Origin: Heterodontus francisci
Lineage: Eukaryota
Assembly (NCBI RefSeq): GCF_036365525.1
Contig: NC_090385.1
Span: 73,020,065 to 73,084,064 of the forward strand
Length of the DNA: 64,000 nt
Reading direction: 5' to 3'
Position 1 is the first letter of the stretch. Every line of letters starts with the position of its first letter. The notes below the pieces were generated by a model. It had not been told where the DNA came from. It saw only the letters and a program-made list of their open reading frames with translations, and ran no database searches. Positions 12,815-26,529 of this stretch are shown here, in pieces. A program made the position numbers and the translations under genes.

Positions 12815-14437
12815 AAACTGAAAGAGGAGGTAATTAATACACTAAAAAGTTTTAAAATTGATAAGAAGGAGGTATTAGATAGGCTGTCTGTACTTAAAGT
12901 TGATAAAGCACCAGGGCCAGATGAGATACATCCACGGATACTGAGGGAAGTGAGAGTTGAAATTGTCCAGTCTTCCTTAGACTCTGATGGTGCCAGAGGA
13001 CTAGAGAATTGCAAATGTTACAACCTTGTTCAAAAAAGGATGTGAAGATAAACCTAGCAACTGTAGGCCAGACAGTTTAATTTCAGTGCTGGGGAAACTT
13101 CTAGAAACAATAATTCAGAACCAAATTAATAGTCACATGGATAAATACGGGTTAATTAAGGAAAGCCAACACAGATTTGTTGAGGGAAAATCATGTTTAA
13201 CTAACTTCCTGGAGTTTTTTGAAGAGGTAACAGAGAGGGTTGATGAGGGTAATGCTGTTGATGTGGTGTACATGGACTTCCAGAAGGAATTTGATACAGT
13301 GCCACACAACGGACTTGTGAGCAAAATTATGGCTCATGGAATAAATGGGAGAGTAGCAGTATGGATACGAAATTGGCTGAGTGACAGGAAATAGAGAGTA
13401 GTGGTGAATGGATGTTCTTCGGGCTGGAGGAAGGTTTGTAGTGAAGTTCCCCAGGGGTCAGTGTTGGGACCCTTGCTGTTTCTGATGTATAGTAATGACC
13501 TGGACCTTGGTGTACAGGGCACAATTTCAAATTTTGCAGATGATACGAAACTTGGATGCATTGTGAACTGTGAGGAAGATAGCATAGAACTTTAAAAGGA
13601 CATCGACAAGTTGGTGGAATGGGCAGTCAAGTGGCAGATGAAGTTCAATGCAGAGAAATGTGAAGTAATTCATTTTGGTAGGAAGAACATGAAGAGATAA
13701 TATAACATAAAGGGTACAACTGTAAAGGGGGTGCAGGAGCAGAGGGACCTGGGTGTATATGTGCATAAGTCATTGAAAGTAGCAGGACAGGTTGAGAGCA
13801 CGGTTATAAAGCATACAGTATACTAAGCTTTATTAATAGGGGCATAGTGTACAAGAGCAAGGAGATTACGTTGAACTTGTATAAGATACTAGCTCAGCCT
13901 CAGCTGGAGCAATGCGTCCAGTTCTGGGTGCAGCAGTTTAGGAAAGATGGGAAGGCATTGGAGAGAGTACAGAAAAGATTCACAAGAATGGTTCCAGGGA
14001 TGAGGAACTTCAGTTGTGAAGACAGATTGGAGAAGTTGTGGCTGTGTTTTTGGAGAAGAGAAGGCTGAGAGGAGATTTGATAAAGGTATTCAAAATCATG
14101 AGGGGTTTGGACAAAGTAGATAGAGAAAAATTGTTCCCACTGGTGAAAAGATCGGGAACAAGAGGGCACAGATTTAAAGTGATTCGCAAAAGAAGCAAAT
14201 GGGACATGAGGAAAAACTTCTTCATGCAGTGAGTGTTTAGGATCTGGAATGCACTGCCTGAGAGTGTGGTGGAGGCAGGTTCACTCGAGGCATTCAAAAG
14301 GGAATTATGCTGTTATCTGAAAAGGAAGAATGTGCAGGGTTACAGGGAGTAGGCATGGCAATGGCAATAGGTGAATTGTTCATTCGGGTGCCGGTGCAGA
14401 TACGATGGTCTCCTAACTGTAAAACTTCTGTGATTCT
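12815..14437 (+). mobile_element. CR1 LINE, 5'-truncated
   Basis: RT motifs in ORFs 13026..13394, 13401..13595, 13847..14068 and 14038..14232; tail ctgtaaaacttctgtgattct. Confidence 0.93.
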
Positions 14438-14439
14438 TA

Positions 14440-15990
14440 ATTGGTTAAAGACTGGCCGAGGACATCAGAAGGAGTCAGAGATGAATCATCCATTTGGCAC
14501 TTCTGGTTGAAGAAGATTGCAAATGCTTCAGCCTTGTATTTTGCATTGAATTGCTGGGCTCCCCCATCATTGAGGATGGAGATATTTATAGATCCTTCTC
14601 CTCTGGTTAGTTGCTTAACTGTCCACCTCCATTCATGAATGGATAAGGAAGGACTGCAGAGCATTTATCTGATCTATTGGCTATGGAATTTCTTTTCTCT
14701 GTCACATGTTGCTTCTGCTGTTTAGCATGCTTGTAGTCCTGCATCGTAGCTTCATCAGGTTGGCATCTCATTTTTCAGTATACCTGGTGCTGCTCCTGAC
14801 ATGCTCTCCTACAATCTTCATTGAACCAGGGTTGATCCCTGGCTTGATGGTAATGGTCGAGTGAAAGATATGTTGGACCGTGAGATTACAGATTGTGGTT
14901 GAATACATTTCTGTCGCTGCTAATAGCCCACAGCGCCTCATGGAAGCCCAGGTTTGAATTGTTAGATCTGTTCTGAATCTATCCCATTTAGCATGCTGAT
15001 AGTGCCATAAAACACGATGGAGAGTATCCTCAATGTGAATTCGGGAGTTCATCCCCACCAGAACTGAGTGATGGTCACTCCTACCAATATTGTCATGGAC
15101 AGATGCATCTGCAGCCTGTAAATTGATGAGGGCAATGTCCAGCATGTCTTTCCCTCATGTTGGTTCTCTCATCACCTGCCGCAGACCCAGTCTGGCAGAT
15201 ATGTCCTTCAGGACTTGGCCAACTTGGTTTGTAGTGATATTACCGAGCCTCTTTTGGTGAGGCAAGTTGAAGTTCCCCACCCAGAATAAATTCTGTGCCC
15301 TTGCTACCCTCAGTGTTTCTTCCATGTGGCGTTCAACATGGAGGAGCACTGATTCATCAGCTGAGGAAAGGTAGTAGATGTAAATCAGCAAGAGGTTTCT
15401 GTGCCCACCTGCTTCCATGAGACTTCATGACATTCAGAGTCAACGTTGTGAATTCCCAGGGACACTGCCTCCCGTGGATCTCTCCTGTTGGTGGAACAGG
15501 ACCTATCCATGGATTGTGATGGAGGAGTCAGGAGTGTTGGCTGAAAGGTATGTTTCTGTGAGTACGATTGAGTCAAGCTGCTGCTTAGCTAGTTTGTGGG
15601 ATATGCCTCCCAATTGTGGAACAAAACTTAGTTGTTAGTGAGAAGAACCTTGCAGGGTCGACTGGGCAGGTGTGCCTTTGTCATGTCCAAATCCGGTGCT
15701 GATGTCAATGCTGAAATGGTCCAGGCAGTTTTACTGTTATTATAGATTTCCGTAGTGGTTTTGATACAACTGATTGACTTGTGTGGCCAGTTCAGGGAGC
15801 AGTTATGAGTCAACCACATTGCTGTGGACTTGGAGTCAGATATAGACCAGACCAGGAGGTTTACTTCCCTAAAGGGCATTAGCGAACCAGTTGGGATTTT
15901 TTGACAATCTGCTCATTTCATGGTCACTATTATCGACACTAGCATTTTATTTCCTATTTATTTATTTAACTGAGTTTACATTGCTCCTAG
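14440..15990 (-). mobile_element. Zenon-like LINE copy B (5' leader plus endonuclease; 3' half lost)
   Basis: APE motifs RPCKVLLTN, WVGNFN and IGRSDHHSV. Leader 15780-15990 matches the SINE body at 46050-46280. Confidence 0.85.
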
Positions 15991-16292
15991 CTTGAAGATG
16001 GAAGTAAACAAAATATTTCATTTTTATCATCCTGCAAAAGGCTCATTTAATCTGATAACTCAGCATATTGAAGCAAGGCCAGAGAGCCTCCTATAGAATG
16101 GAGTCCAAGATAACATCATCCTGTTAACCATGAAATTCAAACAGCAAGATTCCGAAGTCTGCATGGTGTAGAAGGGTGAAAGTGACCAATAGAAATTAAC
16201 GCAACAAGTGAGACTGATTCATCAGCAATTAATACAAGATGCTTTCTATTAGGTATCAGGTCTACCCGATGTATTAACCTTGCAATCCATAT

Positions 16293-17084
16293 TGTTATGA
16301 CCGAGATTGGAGGAATGCACTGTCTTTCTCTAGTTCCACTACTCCACTGGTCACAGCACATATTTAAATGTTTTACCCAGTTACCGATATGGCCAATTGT
16401 ATACTTTATCTATAATAGTTTCAGAATAAAAATCTGCCAACCAAGTTTCTTTAATAAACAACAACATTGTTGATTTATTATAAAACAATATTTATTCAAT
16501 AAAGATGCAAAGCTTATTAACACAGTTTGAAATATGGAAGTATAATTCTAAAATAACCTAAAAATAAAGAAAAATGATAAACTGACTCTGCAGAGATCAA
16601 ATTTTTAAAAAACACTTTGGCCAAGTTATTGTTAATTCTTGAAGCTCTGTTCAGGAGACATCGAGAAGTAGTCTTGCAGGCTTTTCGGGAGAATTATTGT
16701 ATGGGTGTTTTCAGCTATCGTGCTGGATTCTCAGAAGATTTTTCAAAACAGGTGGCAAAGGATGTGTAGGATTGCTTCTCTCTTAGCAGGATACACACCA
16801 ACTTAACTTTTAAACAGTCCATGCCCACATGAGAAAGCCAAAACTCCTGACAACCATAAACCTAGACATGTGACTTCTCTGTAAACAACTCCAATAGTCA
16901 GCAAGATTTAGCACTTCATTGTCTCTTCCAGTGTTTTTAAAAAAAAAATCCAAAGTGCTCTTCCAGTAACCTTTAAAAAAAAACAAATCCAGGCATCTCC
17001 TCAGTCTTTCAAATGAACCAATTTTCACAGTCTTTAAACACGAGTCTTCAAAAAAATATTAATAATGGAAGCAGCTTCATGACA
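16293..17084 (-). mobile_element. Solo LTR
   Basis: tgttatga...tcatgaca termini; TSD atat at 16289-16292 and 17085-17088; left end similar to 32681. Orientation inferred from tttatt. Confidence 0.8.
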
Positions 17085-17849
17085 ATATCTGCAAACATGC
17101 CTTCATCTAAATCTCCACCACTGACACTTTTTGAGCAATTTCTCTTATTCAATCAGATCAATCAATTGCCATCTTGTCTTGTACTCCTCCTTTATGCAAT
17201 TAAATATAAAGTGTATTTCACACAATGTATTTAATAACACACAACAGTTGAATACAATTCATCATGTTGTCAGTGAGAGTTGCATTGGAACCTCTCCGAT
17301 ATGCTTATGAATCTTGTGTGACACCTAACTTATGATTTCTCACTGATTTCCTTTCAGAAGGATTAATTGTGTTGGCTGGCTGTACAACTTGACTGCCAGC
17401 CTGCTCGAGTTCCCAAGTTCCCGAGGCCTCCTTGTAGTGTGCACAATGATGGTCCTTCATCTGAGTCAGCCACAGCAGGCATTTTTGTGGCTGCTATGGT
17501 CCTGTTTGCTTTCTAGAACATCTACTATCATTGCACAGGGATGGCCTTGTTTATGTCATCAGTTTGAGAGCCATTTGCCTCACCCATGACAAGTATGGAA
17601 ATGTCACAATTGAAATAGATTCTCTTACCATGTCTACTGATCTGTGTGAGAAGAGGGCTGCAAACAAATAATGAGATCTGTGAATCCCTGGCTTATAAGA
17701 GCAGCTATATTTGCTCTCCAAGCATGTAAAAGTCATTCCAGAGTTTATGCTTAAGATTAGACCCCCAAGGCATCCATTTTATTCAGTATTCAGGAGAGGT
17801 GCTCGTATTGTACCTATGGATCTGCTGCAGATAAAACAGGAGTGGAGGT

Positions 17850-18165
17850 GAAGGGCCTATTCACCTTAACAGAAAGATCAGTGACGAGGGGGCATAGATT
17901 TAAAGTGATTGGTAGAAAAATTAGAGGAGAGATGAGGAAAGACTTTTTCACCCAGAGGGTGGTGGGGGTCTGAAAGGGTAGTTGAGGCTGAAACTCTCAA
18001 ATCATTCAAAAGGAGTCTGGATAGGCATCTCAAGTGCCGTAACCTGCAGGGATGCGGATCAAATGCTGGAAGGTGGGATTCAAATAGATGGGTCGTTTAT
18101 CAGCAGGCACAGACACAATGGGCCAAGTGGCCTATTTCTGTGCCCTATGATTTCTATTTCTATGA
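17850..18165 (+). mobile_element. CR1 3' fragment
   Basis: RGHRFKVIG..MRKDFFTQRVV; tail atgggccaagtggcct..tttctatttctatg. Confidence 0.85.
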
Positions 18166-18844
18166 ATTGCCATATACTCCATGCTAGACTGCAGTGCAGG
18201 TAACCATTCATCCAATAGTACCCAGATCTGGGTACTGGACTCCTCCACAGACCATACCAGTGTATTATGTATGGATACAAGTAACTGACATAGATAATTA
18301 TGCTTAGATAGCAGGTCTGTGAGGTCTAAATCCATGAATGCTACTCTTACCCTATCTTCGTAACCTTCCCTAGCCCTACAATTCCTCCACCCCCTTCCCA
18401 AAACAGTCTAAGAGTGAAATTGGGCTCAGAAATGCCCTTTTTGGGCACCATGAGGCCCCTAAGGGACCAAAATAGTGCTGGGGAAGCACGTACACATTTC
18501 TGATGTTAAGTACACCAAACACCATATTGGTAAAGGGCTTAGCGTGTGTACACCAAACATCCACTGGAAGTATGCAGAGCAGCAGGATTATGACATTTAT
18601 CAATGCGCAACACTGATTTGACGTAAGCACTGTCATTATGGAGCTCCATGATCCAGCCCTGGCTTATCTTCCCACAGCTGAGGATGCGTTCAACGGCATG
18701 AAGGATCCCCCGCCTGCGCTATTTAAAGGGATCATCAACTACTTACAAGTTAATTGCTGGATTATTTCTTCTGGCTGTTGCTGCAATTCTATGCATTTTG
18801 GGGAATTTTTACATAATTGTTATAGGTTTCAATATTCTACAGGG

Positions 18845-19970
18845 ATGGTGCTGAAATACCTTTTTGGTAATTTGTGCACAAACCAGTTGCCTCCAGACAT
18901 TAGTGGCCTAGTAGGCCTTCCTTTTGGAATTGAGCTCGACTCGGAGAATGAGCAGAGGTCTTGCAGAGCAGGACAAGCTGCTAGAAGAGGAAGGAGGAAG
19001 AGGGAGCGAAGTGCTCTCAGTTGGAAGCCAGGGTCTAAGGGAGAACTTCTCTTACATGAACAGCAATGTTTGAGATGTCTGTGTTTCATTAAGGATGTAC
19101 TCACTGAAATCTGCCAACTGCTGCAGCCACAACTTCAATCTCAGAACAAGCAAGGACTGCATTATCAGTGGGTATGAAGGTGATTGTGGCAATCAACTTT
19201 TATGTGTTGCACCTTCCAGGCTGTTGCTGGAGATATTAGCAACATCTTGCAGTTTACATTGCACCGTTGCATAAGGGAGATCACTGAGGATCTCTTTGCA
19301 AAGAGAGTTAACTGTTTTTTTTCATTTTTCATTTCATTCCCTCTTGCCAGAGAGAGGTTTAAGGGTTTGCAAGGATTGCAGGCTTCCCTATGGTGCAGGG
19401 TGACATTGGCTGCATATACATTGCTTTACATGTGCCTCATGTTAACTCTGCCATGTATCTGAACTGAAAGGGATTTAATATCCTCAATGTGCATCTGGTG
19501 TGTAACCACAGGGAGTGCATCATGCAGTCATGATGCATTCATTCTCTGTGCCTGTTGTATTTGAACCACCACAGCAAACTAAAGGGTGGTTACTGGTTAC
19601 AAGGGCTAACTGCTGATGACATCGCTCATTACTCTGGTTCGCAACCCATGTGCAGCAGGCTTAGAATGAGAACCATGCTGCCACAAGAAATCAGATAGAA
19701 CAGACCATTGCCATCCTAAAGAAACTATTTCGCTGTCTAGACTGCTCTGGAGGAACACTGCAGTACTCAGCTGTGTGTGTCTCAAGATTTGATGTGATAT
19801 GCTACATGTTGCACATCCTTGCAATCATGAAGGAACAATCTTTGCCACTACCTATAGGCAAAAAACTGAGGAGCAGATGCACGAGGAGGTGATGCAAGAG
19901 GAAGGAAAGCTGAAACTTAGACAATCCCTTTCTGACCAGGCTGTACGTGAACAACTAATTCAAGAATGAT
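18845..19970 (+). pseudogene. Harbinger (HARBI1-like) DDE transposase, frameshifted
   Basis: EQQCLRCLCFIKDVLTEICQLL, FQAVAGDISNILQFTLHRCIREIT, AGFPMVQG, KGFNILNVHLVC, HDAFIL, HAATRNQIEQTIAILKKLFRCLD; aataaa near 20072. Confidence 0.88.
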
Positions 19971-21234
19971 ACCAGTAACTTCAAACCCACTACCATATTC
20001 ACCAATAGTCCCACACTCCTTACCTTCCCTCTGTTACTGACCATCACATCTCTGTTTTGCCACAATGCAAAAATAAAAGCCAAAACAAAAGACACATTCC
20101 AATCCAAATTTATAATTTAAATTATGCTATGTTACATAGAAAAATAAACTAATTAGCTCTGTGCATTCTCTTAGTATCTGTCTTCCTTGTGGCTTTGCCT
20201 TTCTTAGGGCTCCTATGTGACTATTCCAGTGGCTGCAGCATGGCTGGTGGAAGGCTACTGACTTTCAGTGGAAGAGACTGCAGACTGCCTTGCAGGACAA
20301 CCTCAAGCAGCTCTGGGCCTAGAAGGCTCGGCTTCAGACTCCACCATCTCGACACGGATGGCAGCAGTCTGGGTTGGCTGGCTGACAGGCAACAGCAATG
20401 GAACGGGTGGAGTGTTCGGATTGCGAAAATGAATGTTATCATCTAGACAGAGGACGGCAAGTTCGTGCTCCATGAAGCCACTACTTTTCTTCTGGGGTGT
20501 TGCCTCAGCAATCCTAGTGATCTGTTGGAGGACAGATTGCTGGACTGCTGTGAGACCCTGCAAGCCCCTCGGGACAATGGTTTCCATAGCTATGATGGGA
20601 GCAGTTTGAGCTGCCACTGCAGCACTCTGGCTTTAGGTGGCTGGTGCTTGGCTACAAGGGAAGCTGAGACATCAGTCATCAGATGCTGCATCATGGTTGG
20701 GCCTACAAGTGTGTTGATGGAGTTGGCCATCATTTCCATGCTGGAGAGAATGGGCATCAAACTCTGCACAAAGCCCTCTGCTAAGTTGCTACCAAGCTCC
20801 TCCATGCTCCTTGATATTGACTGCAGGCTTTCCACTAGGCTTCCAATGAAGCAAGCATTTCGGTGTGTATACCCATCAGCCTTTTCCAAAGCATGGTCCA
20901 TCTGAGACCTTGCAACATAACACATCTGCAACCTCGCTCTCCAGGGAGCTGGAACCTGTGCTATCCTTTCCCCCTGCCCTGGTGTATAACTACATGCAGA
21001 TCCCACCTCCATGATATCCTTTAAATTAGATGCAGTGCCAGTATCTGAGCTGGTGACTGCGTCCCTTCATTTTCACAGTCTTCCTGCTCTTCCACCACTA
21101 CGTAGGTAGGTTGCCGTTCTTGGGTATCTGAAATGAAAAAGGGAAAAAGGTTGGGTTGTAATGAGGGGAGAGGAGAAAGTAATAAGTGCTTGCTTATACC
21201 ATCTGCAGCTTGTAAGCTATAAGAATGTTAGGGA

Positions 21235-21770
21235 TGTGGCCGGCTTCCCACATTCTACCCTCTATAAACATGAGGCCATCCAAAACTCTGCTGCCCATGT
21301 CCTTACTTGCACCAAGTGTTGTTCACCTATCACCCATGTGCTTGCTGACCTACACTGGTTCCTGGTTAAGCAATGTCTTGATTTTAAAATTCATATCCTT
21401 GTGGTCAGATGCCTCCATGGTCTTACCCCTAACGATCTCTGTAATCTTCTCCAGCCCCACTATCCTCTGAGATATCTGTGCTCCTCAAATTCTAACCTCT
21501 TGAGCTTTCCTGATTTTTATTGCTCTACCATTAGTGCCTTCAGCTGCCAAGGCCCTAAGCTCTGAAATCCATTGAATCTCTCCACATTTACACTTCTCTT
21601 TCCTTATTTACGATACTTTTTAAAACCTACTACTTTTATAAAGCTTTTGGCTACATTCCCTAACATTAGATTATGTGGCTTTTGCCTTTCTTTTGCTTTA
21701 GAACACTCCTGTGAAGCAACTTGGGATGTTTTATTGCCTTAAAGGCACTATATAAATACATGTTGTTGTG
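21235..21770 (+). mobile_element. L2 LINE 3' fragment
   Basis: IQNSAAHVLT..PITHVLADLHW..DFKI and AFSCQGPKL; L2 tail tgtgaagcaacttgggatg..aaaggcactatataaatacatgttgttg. Confidence 0.88.
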
Positions 21771-22086
21771 GCTGTCACTGAGGGAAGAGTTTAATGTGAG
21801 AAGGGCGATTAGCTATTAGGATATTTTCATCATCAATGGCTTCAGCCCCGCTGGAGCATGGCCTCAGCAATTGCCCTTCCCACAATGACCAGCATTGTCT
21901 CTTCCATGGAGGGTTAGAAGATGCCAGTCCATCTCTCTCCATCCTGTCAGTTCCTGCTGCTGCTGGTTGTGCACCATCTTCTCCTGTAAGGGAGAGAGGT
22001 GTGTCAGTGAGTATTGCACTGTCTGGGTGCTGTTACTGTCATGGTTGAATAGCTGGCAGTGTGCACAATCTGTGAGGTGTGGGCAC

Positions 22087-22294
22087 TGTGATGTCTCTCG
22101 GGACTGGAGTGATGTTTAGCCGAGTATAGTATAAGATATGATGCAAGGACTGAGACAGCAGCAGCAAGCTGTTCAACATAAAGGCTTCTTCTTTATTCCG
22201 CTTTCATTTCACTTTCCCTTTGCGAGCATGTGTGTTCTACAGCAGCTTCTAGAGTACACAATGTACAATGCAATTGCAATTTCAAAACACTACA
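22087..22294 (-). repeat. 3' LTR of the Gypsy element
   Basis: tgtgatg...actaca; direct repeat of 26312-26529; adjacent to the PPT. Confidence 0.92.
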
Positions 22295-25200
22295 TACCTC
22301 CCCTACTTAGTAAATGAGAGACATAGCATGTTTCAATGGTTTGTTTTCAAAAAATGTTAGCAATAAACTTAAACATAAATAGTTCACTTCGTAACAGTCA
22401 CTTAAGGTGGGCATTTTCTCTCATGAGCAGGCTATCGTCTGACATCAGACGTAGTCTCATTTGACTCATATTCTTCATTTGATGTGTCAATGTCAGAATT
22501 GGATTCAATGCTTGCGAGTGGTGTTTTCAGTGCTTTGAAGAACGACGCGTTTCTTGTGTTGATTTGTGAACCACATTTAGCAGTGATCATTGATCCTTTT
22601 GTGTTGGTCACAACAAATGGTTGGATGTCATAAGGGGTTGTTTGTTTTCCAACATGACCATCATATTTCATAAGCACTTTGTCTCCTGGCTTTAGTGGTG
22701 TAGCTCTTAATTTCATGTTTCACTCTGCATGTACTTTCATTCGATCCTTGTGCTCTTGATCTCGTTCTCGAACATGTTGATCATTAGCTCCACGGGGTAG
22801 CTCAGGTAGACATGTGTGAATAGGATGTGCAAAGATGAGTGTAGCTGAAGGTTTTCCAGTAGTCGGGTGAGGAGTCACTCTGTAGTTATGACATTATGTA
22901 GTTCTTGCTTCCCCGAATTGTTCTCAGCTGTAGCTGTACGTATCACTTCTTTCAAGGTTTGCATAATTCTTTCGACTTCTCCATTAGCTCTTGGACAATG
23001 GGATGTGATTTTTCGATGAGTGAACCCTAGGTAGTTCGCAAATTTACTGAACTCATCGCTGTTGAATGGGATCCATTATCACTTCTTACCATTTGAGGGA
23101 TTCCAAGCAAGGCAAAGATCTGGGCAAGCTTTGGGATGACTGCTTTTATTGAAGTTGATCTAAATAATTCCATGATTGGGAATCTGCTGTAGTCGTCAGT
23201 GACAACACGCAGGAGTTCACCTGTGGGCAAATCTGCGAAGTCAACACGAACTTCAATCCATAGTCCTGGAGATAGTTCAGACATCTTGAGAGAATCATGA
23301 AGTTTTGACATTATGATTGCTTGACCTGGCAAGCACCGATTGACTTTGTGCTCTACCATGCGGTCAATTCTTGGGAACCATACCCCTCCCTTAGTAGTTA
23401 TTTCGTTTTGACTATTCCTTGATGTCTTTGATGTGCTATATCTACAACACATTCCCTCAATGAGTGTGGAATGACAAAACAGTTATTGTGTAATACAAGA
23501 TCAGATGTGGTTGTAATGGTGAGCTCATTTTGAACTTTGTGAAGAGCTTGTAGTGTGTGAGCGATTTTGGTTGTTGATGCTTTTTCGATCACGTCGCTCC
23601 AGTTTCGTGATTTCATAGCCTTCATACATAATTGTAAAGCCTCATTTTGTTTTGTTGCTGCTTTGATGACAGCTCATTTTAGCGACTTTGGCACCGCATT
23701 TATGCTTATGTAGTTAAGATGTTGTTCATCAACCTTTTCCTCACAACTATTAGGACCGACTGTCAGCAGTGGATGTCGCGAAAGATGGTCTGCTGGGTTG
23801 AGCTTGCCTGGTTGATACTCAACATGGAACTCATACTCTTGCAGTTTGAGTATCCAACATTCTATTCGAGTGGGTGTTTTTCTATGTGGATTGTTGAACA
23901 AGCTCACTCGTGGTCTATGATCGGTTATTACTTTAAACTCACTTCCATATAGGTAGAGATGGAAGTGTAAGATACCCCATGTGATTGAGATCACTTCTCT
24001 CTCTGTCTGTAAATGACTTGCTCGACAGTCATTAACGATCTGCTTGCCATTGCAACGATTGATGTGTTATCTGTCTTGTCCTTCTGTATGAGAACTGCAC
24101 CTAAACCAACCAGGCTTGCATCCAAGACTAGCTCGGTGGTTTTCTCTGGGTCAAAATAGTCATTTGTGCAACTTGTTGACAGGTGTTGTACTGCCTGTTT
24201 GTATGATTTAGTTCATTCCCACTTAGTGGTCTCTTTTGTCAGATCGCATGGGGGGCAGATAGCGTAACGAGGTCAGGAATGAAACAACTGCAATACATGG
24301 CGAGTCCTAGCAGACTCAGGACTTCTTGCACATTTGTAGGATCCAAAGCATTTGTTATCTTCAACTTTCTGTGGATCTGATGATACTCCTTCACCACTGA
24401 ACACATGACTGAAGAATTTATTTCTGCTTTTCTTGAACAAAATACTTGTCTTTGTTCAAGGTGAGATTACATTCTCTGAGACATTGTAGGCATGCATGTC
24501 GGCATGTCTCGAGTTCTTTTTCAGTGCAGCCATTGATAAGAGTGTCATCATTGATGTTCAGCCTGCCATCAAATCCTTGAAGTGCAGACTGAATCAAATG
24601 CTGAAATACCTCAGCTGCTGAGCTGACTCCAAAGTCGAGCCTCTTATACTGGAAAAGTCCAATTTGAGTGGAGAATAAAGTAAGATATCTTGATTATTCT
24701 GCAAGCTCGATTTGATGGTAGCCTGCATTGAGATTAAGTTTAGCAAAGTGTTTAGTGAAGTGTTTAGCACCATTCACTTTCTCTATGACATCATCGATTG
24801 TCAGTGTCAAGTGTCTTTCTCGTTGTATGGTTTGGTTTGGTGATTGCATATCAATACAGATTCCAATCTGGTTCTCACTCTTGGGCTTCTTGACACATTG
24901 TATGGGTGATATCCAAGATTAGGCTCATTCCCAACTATCTCAATAATGTCAAGGCCAAGTAAGAATTGAAGTTCCTTCTCTGTCTGTTTCCAGACATGAA
25001 ATGGTATTTGATGCGCAACTGGGGGCACATTAGGATCTTCATGCAGCTTGCAGAAAACACCTTTCAGCTTGCCAATACCAGTGAAGCGATCAGCATACAG
25101 TTTGAGAATGTTTTTGTTATGTAAAGGAATCACGTATGTGACTGCAATCATGTCGAGATCTGTTGCTGTGTGGAAACTGATGAGCATGTAACATTCTCCT

Positions 25201-26311
25201 GATATTACATGGAATTTAGCATTCATTCCAGTGCCTTTGAATGAGACTGGTGTTTTAAAAGTTCTGAGGATTTTCAGCGGTTTGTCACTGTTGTAAGGGA
25301 AAATTTTGGTATTCCCTGATTTGCAGAGAATGGGGCAATCCTAAAGTTGGTTGAATGTTTTGTCTCCCATGACATTGACAGACGCTCCTTTATCTATGAG
25401 ATCATTGCGGCCAAGCAGCCAATGGTCACTGTCTCACGTGGCTGTTTGCTGTGTCTGAGAGGACAAAGGCATGCTCAGGGTCATCTGTCTCTACTTTGGC
25501 TACATTCTCTCACTTTTTTGCTGTGGTACGCATACATGGTACCCTTTTGTTGGTATTGGTTTGTAGCTGATTTTGCTGATGAGCAACAAACACGAGCAAA
25601 ATGGTTAGGTTTTCCAGAGGCTTTACACTGTTTATCAGGAGCTATGGCACAGTTGACTGGAGAGACAGCCTTCGATTATTTGTGTTTTTATTTCCCGTTC
25701 AACATCACCAAAGTCACATTTGGTTGCTAGTTGCCTCAATTGCATGCAATTTTGGTCAATTGTCTCGTTTGTGTCTTGCAGAGTGCATCAGAAGTCAATG
25801 GTTTCATATATGGTGTTTCTCTTGGGTGTAAAGTAGGTTTTCAGCTTATGTTTTGCTGAGTCATAGTCATTCTGCTCAGGCAAAGTGTCTCAAAGATATC
25901 TTCTAATTCTTCACCTCCATAGTGTAGAAGCAAGGCCTTTTTCTTTGTGTCATCTGTGATTGTGAAACCTGCCATCGGGCCTTTGAAATGTCACAGTCAC
26001 TTTTGCCAATGTGGGGATATAGATGCTGGCTCTGAATGAACACAAAAAGGTGGTAGGTTGGGCACAGACAAGGCCATATCAATCAACAATGCCATTCCTT
26101 TCAGAAGAAACTTCTCTGCAATGATCTGAGATTAATTTTTTTTTTTAATTGGATGGTTATTTGGAGAGATCAGTATCTGAGTATACACTGTACAAACATC
26201 CTGTGTGTGCCTAACATGGTCTCCAACTTAAAATGCTGTTTGTAAATTTTCATACCTGAAAGCAATGTTTCTGTTTTTTTTATCATCCTTTGCTATTTAC
26301 CTCATCACCAT

Positions 26312-26529
26312 TGTGATGTTTCTTGGGATTGGAGTAAGGTTTAGCTGAGTTTAGTATAAGACGTGAGGCAAAGACTGAGACTTCAGAAGCAAGCTGTTCA
26401 AAGTAAAGGCTTCTTCTTCTTTATTCTGTTTTAGCTTCACTTTGGCTTTGTTAGCATGCGTGTTCTACAGCAACCTCTAGAGTACACAATGCACGATGCA
26501 ATTGCAGTTTCAAAACACTAAAAACTACA
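26312..26529 (-). repeat. 5' LTR of the Gypsy element
   Basis: tgtgatg...actaca; adjacent to the PBS at 26300-26310. Confidence 0.92.

Larger units (their letters stand above)
22087..26529 (-). mobile_element. Full-length decayed Gypsy/Ty3 LTR retrotransposon (Mag-like inferred)
   Basis: Paired LTRs TG..CA; 5-bp TSD ggcac at 22082-22086 and 26530-26534; PBS-like tggtgatgagg; PPT aggggaggta; gag C2HC relic (KPNHFARVC); RT, RNase H (ITDHRP..RIECWILKLQEY) and integrase (DDYSRFP, VRSDNG) in Gypsy order. Confidence 0.93.

Noticed and set aside
18638-19177. 179-aa ORF as a host gene
   Set aside because: It runs through the Harbinger leader into a frameshifted transposase N-terminus.
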